Positions 23,715-35,719 of a stretch of DNA of 64,000 nt are shown piece by piece. The position numbers and the translations under genes were made by a program. The notes beneath the pieces are model-generated. The model did not search any database. It was not told the DNA's origin and saw nothing but the letters and a program-made list of their open reading frames with translations. Source of the stretch: Selaginella moellendorffii (lineage: Eukaryota; Plantae; Lycopodiophyta); the NCBI RefSeq assembly GCF_000143415.4, contig NW_003314439.1, positions 65,337 to 129,336 on the forward strand, read 5' to 3'. Positions within the stretch are counted from its first letter, which is position 1. Each line of letters opens with the position of its first letter.

Positions 23715-23772
23715 CTTTCTTAAACCTTCCATTTTTTCTCCTTTCATCGCAGGTTAGGGTTCCAATCGCGCC

Positions 23773-26159
23773 ATGGGACGGAGGCGAGAGCGCAGGCAGG
23801 GAACTAGTCGCCGGGTGAAGCTCGATCTCACAGATTCCGAGCCGCAAGGTAAGATTACCTCGCAATCTTTGCATCAATCGAGAGAAGTTTTTATTCTTTC
23901 AGAGAATGCGGCCGCCGATTCCAAAGCGGGAGAAGAGATTGCCGATAGATCTAGAAACGATGGGGACACTACTACTGCCGCTGCTTCACCACCATCCAAC
24001 TCAGGTGGGTTACTCGGGCATGCTTTTGATGGCCGACCGCTTTGGAATTGTGTGCCGGGTCTCGCTCGGTTGCTTGAAAACTCTATAAGCCTCCAGAAGC
24101 ACAAGGCTGGTCACTTCTTCTTTTCGTTTGTGAGGTCTACTACTCAGAACCAGCAGCGAAGAAAGATGGTAGCGGCTCGTCAGCAAATGGCCTTTGCGGT
24201 TCGTATGATTCTCGCTCAGCTAGTTTAGTCTTGCTGTGGATATCTGGAAGAAGTCCCTCTGGCGTTTTTCAAGCGTTCTTACGAGTTCTTGGTGCTCCAG
24301 GTGCTCCAGAGAATTCGTTATCGTTGTTGGGCCAGTACGATGCCGACGATGATGGGAAGGTGGAGTCGGAGGAGAAAACCTCTTCTGGAAATATCGATGA
24401 AAAGAAAATGGATGCAGAGGTAGAATCTACTTTGTATTTCTAGCCGCTGAGTGGTTGCTCTGTGAATCAGGTGGCTGATTTTATTGCCGAGCTTGAGACA
24501 AGCGGATTGCTAGACGCGAATGCGTCCGAGACTTCGGAACCAGAAGCGAAACAAGTTGTTGAGCCAACAACAGAAGCTGCGGAGATCAGATCGGTTGTGG
24601 AAAGAACAAGTCGTCCGTCTCTGGCCTCCATGATCGGGGACGTTGTCGAGAAAGTGCTCGCAGAGAATGAACCGGAGAAATGCGACTGGAGAGCTGTTCT
24701 TCACGAGGAAAGTGGGGAGTATTACTATTGGAATGTGGTGACTGGGGAAACAACTTGGAACAAGCACGACGGTTCTGTAGAGGCTGCTGTAGGCGTGGCA
24801 CCTTTACCTTCAGAGTCTTACCCGGGATTGCAAGCCACTTACGCTCCGGCCATCTGTGATGTGAACTATTCTGGATTAGTCGGGACTTCAGACGACGCTG
24901 ATACGCGGCTTGGATCAGCTGCCCTCGTACAACTCGGAGAGACAATTTGCGAACGCTTGAAAGGTCTTTGCGGGTGAGCAAATAATGCATTGGTAGTTTT
25001 GAGCTGAAAGTGTTTCCGCAGGGACGCTTTGGTGACATTACCAAATCGCATACGGCTGGCTGTCGAAGCAGAGATACGGCTATCCGATTGCCGGCTGCTC
25101 ATGGCGCAAGGAATGACTGACGGTCTCATGTGGACAAATACAGAAGCTCATATACGACGAATCGAGTCATTGCTTGTAGCCGAGCAGCAAGAGCAAGAGG
25201 CTGGTGTGAGAGCTGAAGACGAAGATGTTGATATGGAGGTCGATATGGATATTGAGGAACCTGAAATGATCCAGCAGGCTGTGCCGCCACCTGATGAAGA
25301 CTCTGCTCCTCCGCCACCTCCCGAGCCAGAAATTATTCCCCCGCCGCCAGCGCAAGAACCTCTTTCTGATCTGACAACCAACAGAGACGCGGTTCCACCC
25401 CGCGGAGAAATGGAGACTTCTACATCTGCGAGCAGTGCGGCACTTGTGGAAGCAGCGGCAGCCGCTGCTAAAAAAGCAAGTAAAGGTATTTCGTGTCTTT
25501 ATGTCAGATGTGTGGTTCTGACGCTAGCATGTGTGCAGCTACGCGAATGAAGAAGGGAAATGCGCCAGTTCTCGTGAGTAAAACAAGCAAAATGTCATCC
25601 CTTGTAAACAAGGTAGTGTTTTGTTTTTCTCAATTTGATTGGGTTCTAAGTAAATTTTTGGTTGTGTCTTTTCTGCAGTGGATGGCTGCGAAGCAAGAGT
25701 TGCATGAAAGTGATGATGAAGATGGCGAGAAAGAACTATATGATCACGAGGCAATAGAAAGAAAGCGGCAAAGAGAGATTGATGATTGGCGCAGGGAGCA
25801 GATTGCAAGTGGACAAGCTTTGGACAACGTCAATTTTCAACCTCTAGGACCAATAGACTGGTAAGTCTGACGTCCACTTACTGCCTTTGCCTGATGATGA
25901 ACACACTTCCAGGAGGGATAGGGTGAAGCGAGCAAGGAAAGAAGGTCAATCAAAAGTTTCTTCAACAAGCAAGAAGCATCCAAATCTGGACGTGCTTTCG
26001 AAAGGTCTTGCACCGGGGTGGAAGGTACGATTGAGTGTTTTGATCTAGGCTATGTACTGATATTGCATATATCAGGCTTTCTACGATGAAAAATCTGGTG
26101 ATGTCTATTACGGAAACTTAGAAACATCTGAAACGACATGGGATAGGCCAGTCGCGTGA
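23773..26159 (+). CDS. FNBP4-like WW-domain protein, multi-exon
   Basis: MGRRRERR..RRVKLDL N-terminus, LLGQYD motif, WW domain (WRAVLHEESGEYYYWNVVTGETTW), Pro-rich region, NVNFQPLGPIDW, and a terminal WW ending WDRPVA*. Confidence 0.85.
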
Positions 26160-26187
26160 ACAGTTTTGTTTTAAACGCTCGAGAGGA

Positions 26188-27810
26188 ATGTCGAACGTCT
26201 GCTGTAGCGTTCATGACGCGGTCGGAGGTGACGGAGACAAGAGCGTTCTTTTTGCCGGGAGACAACTAGCTTTCAACACGGTGGTATCTCTCTTTCGGCA
26301 CTACACTCACGAGCGGGCCTTGTTGAAGGGGCGTTCACTTCACGACTACATCATCAACCGCGGCTTTGATCAGGAAACGTTTCTGGGAAATCTGGTGGTC
26401 CAGATGTACGGGAGGTGTGGGAGTGTGGCAGAGGCGAAGAAGGCATTTGACAGGATCCAGGAACCCAACGTCTTCTCGTGGACCATCATGGTGGCAGCTT
26501 ATGCCGAGAACGGATATCTCCAGGAAGCAAGGAAGATTTTTGACGCGATGACGGAGAAGAACGTGGTTTCGTGGACGGCTATGGTTTCGAACTATGCCCA
26601 GAATGGTTATCTCCAGGAAGCCAGGAAGTTGTTCGACGAGATGCCAGTCCGGACTGCCGTGCCTTGGAACGCTATGATAGCCGGCTATGCCCAGAACGGG
26701 CATTGCGACGAGGCTCTAGTGATGTACAGGAGGATGAGACAGGAAGGTGTGAAGCCGACGGAGAGCACCTTTGTGAGCACTGTGGACGCCTGTGCTACAG
26801 TCGCTTTGCTGGAAGCTGGCCGGCTTGTTCATTCAAATGCCGCCGAGATGGGGTTTCACACAGCAGAGAAAGTGGGAAACGCTCTCGTCAACATGTATGG
26901 CTGCTGCGGGTGCTGGGAAGACGCGAAGAAGGCATTCGACGATATGCCGGAGCAGAATGTGATAGCTTGGACAGCTCTCCTGGTGGCCTACGCCAGGAGT
27001 TCCAAAGTCGAGGAAGCAAAGGCTACTTTTGACAAGATGCCGGTGAAGAGTTTTATTTCCTGGTCGGCAATGGTGGGAGCTTATGCCCAGAACGGTCATA
27101 GCAAGGAGGCCCTTCTCCAGTTCCGGTTGATGGACCTGGAAGGCGAGCGCCCCGACGGTGTGACTTTTATCACCACTCTCTACGTCTGCGGCAACCTCTC
27201 GGCTATAGAAGTTGGCCGGATAATCTACGAGGACATCATTGGGACACATCTGGAAACCGACGTAACCGTGGTGACTGCGCTGCTGGACATGTTTAGCAAG
27301 TGCGGGAGCTTGAGCCAAGCAAAGTCGCTGTTTGATCGAATGCCGCTCAAGGACATGGTAATGTGGAGCTCCATGGTGGCTGCCTGTGCTCACAACGGTC
27401 AGTGGCTGATGGTACTGGATACGTACTACTATATGCTGCTCGACGGTGTCAAGCCCAACAAGGTGACGCTCATGAGCGTCCTCTCGGCGTGCAGTCACGC
27501 CGGACTTTTGCGAGTGGCCTTGGAGCAGTTCACTTCAATGAGAGAGGAGTATGGCTGCGAGCCGGAGTATCGGCACTACGTGTGCATGGTGGATACTTTA
27601 GCTCGGGCCGGACAGGTGAAAGAGGCCGAGGACTTGATCGAGACGATGCCGTTTGAGCCGGATGGTTTGTCGTGGAGGACGCTGCTGAGCGCATGCAACA
27701 GCTCGAGCGGAGCCGGGCAGGGTTCTCGAGCAGCGGAGAACGTCTTCGAACTGGATCCGGAGCACGGAGCTCCATACATCCTGCTGTCGAATCTCCACTC
27801 GGAGAAATGA
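26188..27810 (+). CDS. PLS-class PPR protein with E domain, no DYW
   Basis: Repeated SWTAM..YAQNG units, HYVCMVDTLARAG, WRTLLSAC and YILLSN, then a stop. Confidence 0.95.
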   Translation: MSNVCCSVHDAVGGDGDKSVLFAGRQLAFNTVVSLFRHYTHERALLKGRSLHDYIINRGFDQETFLGNLVVQMYGRCGSVAEAKKAFDRIQEPNVFSWTIMVAAYAENGYLQEARKIFDAMTEKNVVSWTAMVSNYAQNGYLQEARKLFDEMPVRTAVPWNAMIAGYAQNGHCDEALVMYRRMRQEGVKPTESTFVSTVDACATVALLEAGRLVHSNAAEMGFHTAEKVGNALVNMYGCCGCWEDAKKAFDDMPEQNVIAWTALLVAYARSSKVEEAKATFDKMPVKSFISWSAMVGAYAQNGHSKEALLQFRLMDLEGERPDGVTFITTLYVCGNLSAIEVGRIIYEDIIGTHLETDVTVVTALLDMFSKCGSLSQAKSLFDRMPLKDMVMWSSMVAACAHNGQWLMVLDTYYYMLLDGVKPNKVTLMSVLSACSHAGLLRVALEQFTSMREEYGCEPEYRHYVCMVDTLARAGQVKEAEDLIETMPFEPDGLSWRTLLSACNSSSGAGQGSRAAENVFELDPEHGAPYILLSNLHSEK

Positions 27811-27841
27811 TTCAAGCTTGGGGGAGGAGGAACCTGCTCGC

Positions 27842-29557
27842 TCACCAGTAGTCGCCGCAGGAGCAAACACCGTTCTCGGTGTGGTGGAAGCGGTTGAGGT
27901 CCCGGACAATGATCTTCCGCCCCGTGATCTTGGAAATGAACTTGGTGGCCGAGTGGCAGTCGGAGCAGACTCTCAGGTTCTTGACAACTCTCAGCGTCGT
28001 TCCCGGTGGAGTGCTGATGAGACCACAGGCGATGGCGAGCTTCTCGCTGTGGAAGAAGAGGAGGCTCTCCTTCTCGTCCTCGTTCACGAGCCTGAGCACC
28101 TCGGTGGTATCTGGTACGTAGCCGTCTTCCTTCATGAGAACACTCAGCCGCTTGAGCTCTTCCAGGATCTGCTGCTTCTTGGGGTGCTGGAACTTCTCCC
28201 CGGCCGTGAACTCGTGGAAGCGGTCATTGATCTCGATGGTGCTCCACCCGGGCTTCTTCCTCACGCCGCGGGCTTCCATCAGGTCCCTCACTTTCGCCTT
28301 CTCGGCGTGATCTCCAGCCGCGGCATGGATGTTGGACAGCAGGACGTAGTAGCCAGGGATCTCGCTGGTGAGCTCCAGCAGCACCTCCGCGGCTCGCTTC
28401 CCTCTCTCGACGCTCTTGTGGACGCGGCAGGCGGCGAGGAGAGTGTTCCAAGTTACATCGTCCGGGACGAAAGGCATGGTCTGGACGAGCTCCTCGGCCT
28501 CGAGCAAGCGTCCGGATCGCCCGAGAAGATCGACCATGCACTTGAAGTGGTCCATGGTGGGAGTGATGCCGAAGTCGTGGACGAGGAGGTCGAAGTGGAA
28601 GAAGCCGTGCTCGAAGAGGCCGGCATGGCTGCAAGCCGAGAGGATGCTCTTGAAGGTGACAGCGTCGGGGAAGAGGCCGTCGACGTTCATGGCCAGGAAA
28701 GCATCGAGAGCTCGATCGGTGTGGCCGTTTTGGACGAAGGCCGTGATCATGGTAGACCAGGAGATCAAGTTCTTGTTCCGGATACTCGAGAAGACAATGG
28801 TGGCGTCGTCGAGATTGCCACACTTGGCGTACATGTTGACGATGGCGGTGGAGATCTCGACGTGGGCGACGAGCCCGGCCGCGGCTGCGATGGAGTGGAG
28901 TGATCTCCCAGCGACGAGCGCCGAGAGGCCGGCGCAGGCATCGATGGCGGCAACGAAGGTGACCATGTCGCAGCGCTGGCCTTCGTTGTTCATGGCGCGG
29001 AAGAGGTGGAGCGCGGCCTTGCAGTGCCCGTTCTGGGCATACCCGGCGATCATCGCGTTCCAGGAGGAGGAGTTTCTCCTCGGCGCGGCGTCGAAGGTGG
29101 TCTTGGCGTGGATCATCCGGCCGTGGCGGGCGTAGGCGGCGATCATGGAGTTCCAGGCGATGGTGTCCCTGGAGGGCATGGAGTGGAAGAGCTTCTCCGC
29201 GGAGGGGAGGTCCCCGGCCGCGGCATAGCCTGCTAGCAGCGCGGTGGCGGAGAACTCGTCCTTGGTGGGCATTTGATCGAAGAGGGAGTGCGCCAGGGGG
29301 AGATTGCGGTGGTCGACCAGGGCCGAGATGGCGATGCTCCAGGAGAAGGCGTTCTTGGTGGGGATGGAGTGGAAGACGCGGAGCAAGGAGTCGAGGTCGC
29401 CGCATTTGCCATACATTTGGAGGAGGAGATTGGAGAGGAAGCGATCGGTGGCGAGGCCGGCGTGGACGATTTGGCGGTGGAGCTGGCGGCCTTGGTTGAT
29501 CGAGGAGGGAGTGGAGCACTGGCGGAGGAGCGTGGCGTAGGAGCTCACGGTGTCCAT
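27842..29557 (-). CDS. PLS-E-DYW PPR protein (putative C-to-U RNA editing factor)
   Basis: PPR repeats, PG box (KPGWSTIE), HSEKLA, CSDCH and terminal CSCGDYW. Confidence 0.97.
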   Translation of the reverse strand: MDTVSSYATLLRQCSTPSSINQGRQLHRQIVHAGLATDRFLSNLLLQMYGKCGDLDSLLRVFHSIPTKNAFSWSIAISALVDHRNLPLAHSLFDQMPTKDEFSATALLAGYAAAGDLPSAEKLFHSMPSRDTIAWNSMIAAYARHGRMIHAKTTFDAAPRRNSSSWNAMIAGYAQNGHCKAALHLFRAMNNEGQRCDMVTFVAAIDACAGLSALVAGRSLHSIAAAAGLVAHVEISTAIVNMYAKCGNLDDATIVFSSIRNKNLISWSTMITAFVQNGHTDRALDAFLAMNVDGLFPDAVTFKSILSACSHAGLFEHGFFHFDLLVHDFGITPTMDHFKCMVDLLGRSGRLLEAEELVQTMPFVPDDVTWNTLLAACRVHKSVERGKRAAEVLLELTSEIPGYYVLLSNIHAAAGDHAEKAKVRDLMEARGVRKKPGWSTIEINDRFHEFTAGEKFQHPKKQQILEELKRLSVLMKEDGYVPDTTEVLRLVNEDEKESLLFFHSEKLAIACGLISTPPGTTLRVVKNLRVCSDCHSATKFISKITGRKIIVRDLNRFHHTENGVCSCGDYW

Positions 29558-29789
29558 GGTTTAACTATGACGATATAATGAGGAACTAATGAGGATTATG
29601 GCGATAATCGAAGGCGAGAGATTAGGAATCCCTAATTTTCTTTTTGTTTTTATAGGGCTTACTTCATATACTACGTTACATTTTTTCGAAATATTCACGT
29701 TTAAAACTCTGGATCTTGGTTTGTCTAACACATATAATTTAGTCCTTTTTCCAGTACTAGCATAGAGATTAGTAGGGTTTACAAAAATT

Positions 29790-30914
29790 ATGGAGCGAGG
29801 CACTGGTTACACTCATCATTCAACTGTGCAGGCTCAAGGCTTCAAGGATGGCGAGGCCAAAATCAAGCAAGCTATGGCAAGAAATGCACTCTTAGTTGAT
29901 CCATCCCTGGAAGTGATTAGAGTAGCCGACTTGGGATGCTCCCACGGATCCAATGCAATTCATGCCGTTGACTTTGTAGCGCGAGAGATAATCGAGCTGC
30001 GAGATCTAAAGCTTTCTTCGTCTTCGTCTTCCTCTTTGGAGATCCAAGCCATTTTCTCGGATATCACTGCCAATGACTTCAACACGCTCTTTTCTCTAGT
30101 TCCACACCTCCAAGGCAAGCCGTACTTCTTCAGTGGAGTTCCTGGATCATTCTACCTCAGGCTCTTTCCTCGCTCTTCCATCCACTTTGCAATGACAACC
30201 TTCGCATTACATTCCCTCTCAAAGGTATAAGTTTGTGTTGGTTCTGATGTAAGTGAATGGCTTCTATGTGTAGATCCCGGAGGAAATCACTAACAAGGAG
30301 TCACCAGCTTGGAACAAAGGCACCATGTACATAGACAGATCCTCGCCCCAAGCAGCAATTGAAGCAGTTGTTCGGCAAGCTAAGGAGGACCTCCAGAACT
30401 TTCTCCAGTGCCGAGCTCAAGAACTAGTCACTGGAGGCCTCCTTGTCTCCAAATTTCTCATAAGAACCACACGAGATCTTGAAGGGCCTCTGCACAATGG
30501 TTTCCAAGAAGCGTGGAAGGATCTCATTCAAGAGGTATAAAATCTTCACAAAAATCAATGCTTGTTCCTATGCCATCACATTTGCAGGGGATTATAAGCC
30601 AAGAGAGCTTGGACACCTTCAACTTTCCCGTCTATTTTCGCAGCTGTCATGAGGTCCAAGATGCATTGGATTCAGTGAAGGAGGAGTTCAAGGTGATTCA
30701 CAGAGAAGTTTCGAAAGTCCAGATTCCTCCTCGTCAACCTAGTGACTCAATGAGGGCGTTCAAGGCCATAAGCAAGCCCTTCATCGAGCAACATGTTGGA
30801 GATGAGAAGATTGTGGAGCTCATGTACTCGAGGAGCTTGTCTAAAGAGTTAAGAAGTAGAGACTTATTTTCCATGCTACTCGTTCTTGAAAAAAAAGAGT
30901 TTATAGTAATCTAA
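29790..30914 (+). CDS. SABATH-family SAM-dependent carboxyl methyltransferase, 3 exons
   Basis: Exons 29790-30224, 30274-30534 and 30588-30914. Motifs ADLGCSHGSN, NDFNTLF, GVPGSFYLRLFP, SPAWNKG, FLQCRAQEL and LDTFNFPVY. Confidence 0.93.
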
Positions 30915-31074
30915 TCAAGAATACAATACTGAAGAACAAAAAGAAAGAGATGTTGATATTAAACACTTCGATACTTGAATAAGTTGGTATGGGATTATAC
31001 AGCAAATTATATACAACTTTTTTGAAGCTTTAGATGATTTTACAATACATATATAAGAAGTTCCAAAAAGAATT

Positions 31075-32839
31075 TCAGTAGCTTCTCGTTGTAGAGAGCG
31101 GATCATAGTCGTAGACTTGCCCGGCCTTCACAAAGCGGCCTTTTATCCGCCGTCTTGTATCAGCACGAGTCTTGCGAGATTCATACCGGATTCGCTTCTC
31201 GTATCTGTGACAAAACTTGTGAGAAACAAAACTCAAATGAAACAAAATGGAAGACCAACGTACTTGCGAGTTTTCCTCTTTTCCTTGTACCGGAGCATGG
31301 CATTCCCTCTTGCCTCCGAGGCCGCCGCGGGATCCGAGCTAGTCGAGCTCCACAGCTCTCCAGCCGCGTAAAACACCGAAGCACAGTCCGCGTACTCGGT
31401 GCCACTGCTATCTCCGCTCACTCCACTGGAGCAAGCCGGCCTCGGAGAGAACTGGACGTTTCCCGCTGCTGCTGCCGGATGGAAAGGGCCTCTACACGCC
31501 GACTCGGAAGCGTCCGACTGGAGAGAGTTTGCAGTGTCCATGCTCGAGCATCCCTGGAAAAGTTTTAGCTCTTTTAGCTCCTCTAGGCTAGAGACTGCTT
31601 ACGTTTTGCATGCTCTTGGAGCTCATGGCCGGAGCCATGCTCGGGCACGCGATTCCAATGTCTTGAAACGGGGTTCCAGCGGCGTCCTGGGCCGAGAGGA
31701 AAAGATCTTCGTAGTTGTCAAAGACATTCACGTCGTCAGCCGTCAGCGCTTTGCAGATATCATCGATTCCCATGTCCTGCGCGTTGTTCCAGAGCTGCAA
31801 AGGAATTAAAAAAAAAAGAGTATGAGTATCGACAAAGAAGTAAAGGAGAAAGGACCCGACATGACGGGCATTCTAGCAACAGCAAGCTGGAAACAAGAAA
31901 TATCAGCTGGACAGCGTTAGTCGACCTTTTGGATGCTGGCAAGATAACCAACTAAGACGAGATTCGGCTGGAGGCCTGGTCAGTAGAGACGGTAGCAAGA
32001 AAATTTAATGCACCTGCTGGTCTGGACTCGCTGCCTTCCAGGCGTTCTCACCCTGCTGAGGAAAAATCTCGCCACTCTCGGGCTTTGAGGACGGGCTGTG
32101 GAGGCCAAGTTGAGCCGTCTGGTTCTGGATCTCCGCAACACCGCTGCTGCTGCTCGTCGAAGGCCTCGGTGGAGGTGGAGGCATCAAAGTCTGTGCTTGC
32201 GTGATGGCTTTCTCTCGCTGTTGATGCCCGAGTGCCTGCTGTGGGGGCCGACTTTGCAAGATCATCAGCTGCTGGAAGATCTTCTTCTCCCGGCTCTGGA
32301 AAGAAAAGCAAGACAAAAAAAAAAAACCAAAAAACCATTTGAAAGGCCTCGAAAGAAAAGCAAAACGCTACCTGTGGAGTTGAAGGGTGGTGGAGCTGCT
32401 GCTGCGACTGACTTGACGCCGGTAGCCAACCTTGAAGGGTCTCCAGACTTTTAGACGTAGATCCCTTCCCGCTTCCATTTCCACTTCCACTTCCACTTCC
32501 TGGTTCATCGGACACATCACAGTACCATAGCCGAGCAAGCTCCGCCGACGAAGGACATCCCGTGTAGGATACAATAGCGCGCCTCTTGTGGTGCATAGCT
32601 CGGTACTCTGCGTGTCTTTTGCCGTCGCAGGCCTGGCAAAAGGCCTTGCTTTCCGCTCCACAGCGAACCACAGCAGGCTGGACGACGCACATATCGCACA
32701 CCAGAGTTCTCGAGTGCCTCCTGGAGAGAGCGTTTGCTTCGTGAACGTTGCGGTCACACGACAGGCACAGGAGCGCAGCATCGGCCTTGCAGTAGACAGT
32801 GGCTCGTTCGTCCCCACAAAAGTCGCAAGGTCTCTCCAT
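31075..32839 (-). CDS. CONSTANS-like protein (two B-boxes + CCT), multi-exon
   Basis: [38 protein letters not shown], a second B-box and YTGCPS. The CCT domain is spliced: [10 protein letters not shown]|[34 protein letters not shown]. Confidence 0.93.
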
Positions 32840-33577
32840 CAAAGTCCCCGCTTTTCCTTCTCTAGAACTATTTCTACTACCTGTGTAGAAAACCTCCGTT
32901 TTCAAGTCATTTGTCTCCAAAGAACTTGCGTAAAGTTGGCTTATCGCAGATATTTTGATTTGCTTCGTGAAGAACCTGTGTGGACCAGAAGAACTTGATC
33001 TATATTCTCTCTCGTGAAGTACCTGGATAGGACCTTTAAGTTTCTATGACGGCGAGTAGAGGAACCAGAGAAAACTCGCAAGCTGATGGCCGCAACGATA
33101 TGTGGCAAGCGAGCAGTCCATCTGGAAGGCGAATTCCTCCCCCGCAAATCTCCGCAAGCAGCATCTAAGACTAAAACCCCACCTCCGTCGCCGATTTCCT
33201 AGCAGCGCCCAACCCCTATTCCCAGCGCCAGCGCCGGCATTTCGATGATGCGAGGAGGATCCAGGGCCGCGAGCGCCGATCTAATCGCCTCGATCGCTTG
33301 GGAGCGGCGTGGAGGCGGCCAATTCCAGCCTCGAGCGAGCACGAGAGTGTGGATAGGGTTTAAGCCCAAAGCCTAATGAAAAAGCGCAAAAGTCTGCCAG
33401 CTCAGCAATCGCTTTTGGACCTATTTTACGCTGGCCCCGCCACGTCACTCGTGCAGCGTGTCAATTCGCCCAATTACAACGACATTTTGCCCTTGAGAGA
33501 TGAATTTTTGGCACTTGGATCTTGAGTGGAAAATCTGATCTAAGAGAAAGCTATGGTGGTTCTTGTGATGAGCCATC

Positions 33578-35407
33578 ATGGCCGCAGCAAACCAAACAGT
33601 AGATCTGGTTTCCAGCATTCGCCGTTGCAACAGTTTGGTCGAGGCCAGGACGCTCCACTCGCTCGCTGTGGAGAATTATCGCAAGAACCAAACTTTTACG
33701 GCAAATCTCGTGATTGAGATGTACGGAAGGTGTGGGGGCATCGATGAGGCTAGGAGGGTGTTTGATGCAATCGCCAACAAGAATGTTTTCTCGTGGACTA
33801 TCATACTAACAGTGTATGCCCGCTCTGGGCATCTGGATGAGGCAAAGTTTGTCTTTGACACAATGCCTGAAAAGAACGTTGTCTCGGAGACGACAATGAT
33901 AATGGCTTACGCAGAAGCTGCAAAACTTGATCAAGCTAAGATTGTTTTTGACAGCATGCAAGAACGCAATTTGTTTGCTTGGAACGCCTTGATAACTGGA
34001 CATGCCCGACATGGGCATTACAAAGGCGCTCTTAAACTATTACAGCTTATGGATCTCGACGGTGTCAGGGCCGATCGGATCACGTTTCTCGCAATTATCG
34101 AGTCATGCTCGGGGTTAAACGATTTTCGAAAAGCCAGGCTCATGCACTCGAGAGCTGGAGCTTCTGGTTATGCTCTAGAAACGAAGGTGGCAAATGCCCT
34201 GATCACAATGTATGGACGATTCGGAGCTCTCGATGATGCAACGAAGGTTTTCCAAGAGCTGAAAGACAAGAGCACCGTTTCATGGAATGCCATGGCGTGG
34301 GCATTTGGGTCCAATGGTCGTGTAGACGATTCCAGACGCTTGCTCCATGTTGATTGCTCAAAAAGGGATTTGAGTTCTTACAACTGCTTGATCTCGGGGT
34401 TCTCCCTGAACGATCGGCCCCAAGAAGCAGTGGAAGTGTTTGAGATGCTGCTTTTGGAGGGCGAGTTTCATCCAGACGACGTGAGCTTCCTCGCAGTTCT
34501 TAGCTGCTCGTGCTTCAAAAGGATTCGCGATTTGAGAACCATCTACAATGTCGCGAGCGAGGCGGGCTATCTTGCAAACACGAGGGTCGCAAACTCTCTC
34601 GTGAATTGTTTTGGCAGATCTGGAGCTCTTGACGACGCAACTTGCCTGTTCCGGGAGATCACGAAAACGGCAAATGCCGCCTCTTGCTGGAACGTCCTTC
34701 TCGGCGTCTACGTCGAAAGCAATCTCCCACGCGAGGCCATTCTTTTGTTTCGCGAAATGGACGTGGAAGGCGTAAAGCTCGACTATATCACGATGATCCT
34801 GGCCGTCGATGCCTGCCGGATCGGAGGGCCCGGCGCCACCCTCTTCCGGCGCTCCATCCACGACAGGGCCATCCGTACGGGCTTTCTCCAGCATGTGAAA
34901 GTCGCCACCGGGCTTGTCACCATGTACGGCGAGTACGGCATGGTAGGCGACGCTTTCCAGGTGTTCTGTTCGATTCCCACCAAAAACCTCCTCGCGTGGA
35001 CTGCGCTGGTAGTCGCATACGCCCGAAACGGGCATATGGAACAAGCATTGGAAGCGTTTCAACGGATGGGATTGGACGGCTGCCAGCCTGACGAGATCGC
35101 CTTCGTCGGTATCATCTCAGCTTGCAGTCACGGCGGGCGCGTACGGGAGGGCTGGCATTTTATGGCCGAAATGTACGGGGAGTTTGGCGTGGGCCAAAAG
35201 GAGGAACACTATAGCTGCCTTGTCGACATGCTTGGAAGGGCGGGGTTACTAGACGAGGCTGAGAGATTTATCCAGGAGGTGACTGTAAATGTAAACCCCT
35301 GGAAGGGTAGAAGTTTATTACTGTCCTGGAAAAGCCTGTTGAGTTCTTGCCGGGTTCAAGGTGACCTGGAGCTCGCCCACAGGGTTTTGACACAAGTGGA
35401 CAGGTAA
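33578..35407 (+). CDS. PLS-class PPR protein with truncated E domain
   Basis: 609-aa ORF of P/L/S repeats, HYSCLVDMLGRAG and WKSLLSSC. Confidence 0.92.
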   Translation: MAAANQTVDLVSSIRRCNSLVEARTLHSLAVENYRKNQTFTANLVIEMYGRCGGIDEARRVFDAIANKNVFSWTIILTVYARSGHLDEAKFVFDTMPEKNVVSETTMIMAYAEAAKLDQAKIVFDSMQERNLFAWNALITGHARHGHYKGALKLLQLMDLDGVRADRITFLAIIESCSGLNDFRKARLMHSRAGASGYALETKVANALITMYGRFGALDDATKVFQELKDKSTVSWNAMAWAFGSNGRVDDSRRLLHVDCSKRDLSSYNCLISGFSLNDRPQEAVEVFEMLLLEGEFHPDDVSFLAVLSCSCFKRIRDLRTIYNVASEAGYLANTRVANSLVNCFGRSGALDDATCLFREITKTANAASCWNVLLGVYVESNLPREAILLFREMDVEGVKLDYITMILAVDACRIGGPGATLFRRSIHDRAIRTGFLQHVKVATGLVTMYGEYGMVGDAFQVFCSIPTKNLLAWTALVVAYARNGHMEQALEAFQRMGLDGCQPDEIAFVGIISACSHGGRVREGWHFMAEMYGEFGVGQKEEHYSCLVDMLGRAGLLDEAERFIQEVTVNVNPWKGRSLLLSWKSLLSSCRVQGDLELAHRVLTQVDR

Positions 35408-35719
35408 CTAAAGGTGTCACCTCCGGGTAACTATAATTGAATATTCGATTCCAGCTGGCAACGAATGGAAGAGACAACCAAGAAAGATTTTCGAGGCAAC
35501 GTCAGAGCAGATATATACAAGAGGCAAAACAAACGTTTGGTGACGTGAATCCTTTGCAAAATAGTCAAAATGGGTATATTCTCCCTCGATCCGGCTCTTA
35601 ACGCTGGGCTAGGGAAATCCCGGGACTACCTAATGGGGAGACGCTGCGATCGATCACTCTAATGTCGGGAGCTCTCACATTTGATCGACGAGGCGGGAGA
35701 AGAGACGATATCGATTCCA

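Noticed and set aside
27818-29519. Long alternative-frame and antisense ORFs over the DYW PPR gene
   Set aside because: Expected by-product of high GC3 codon usage.
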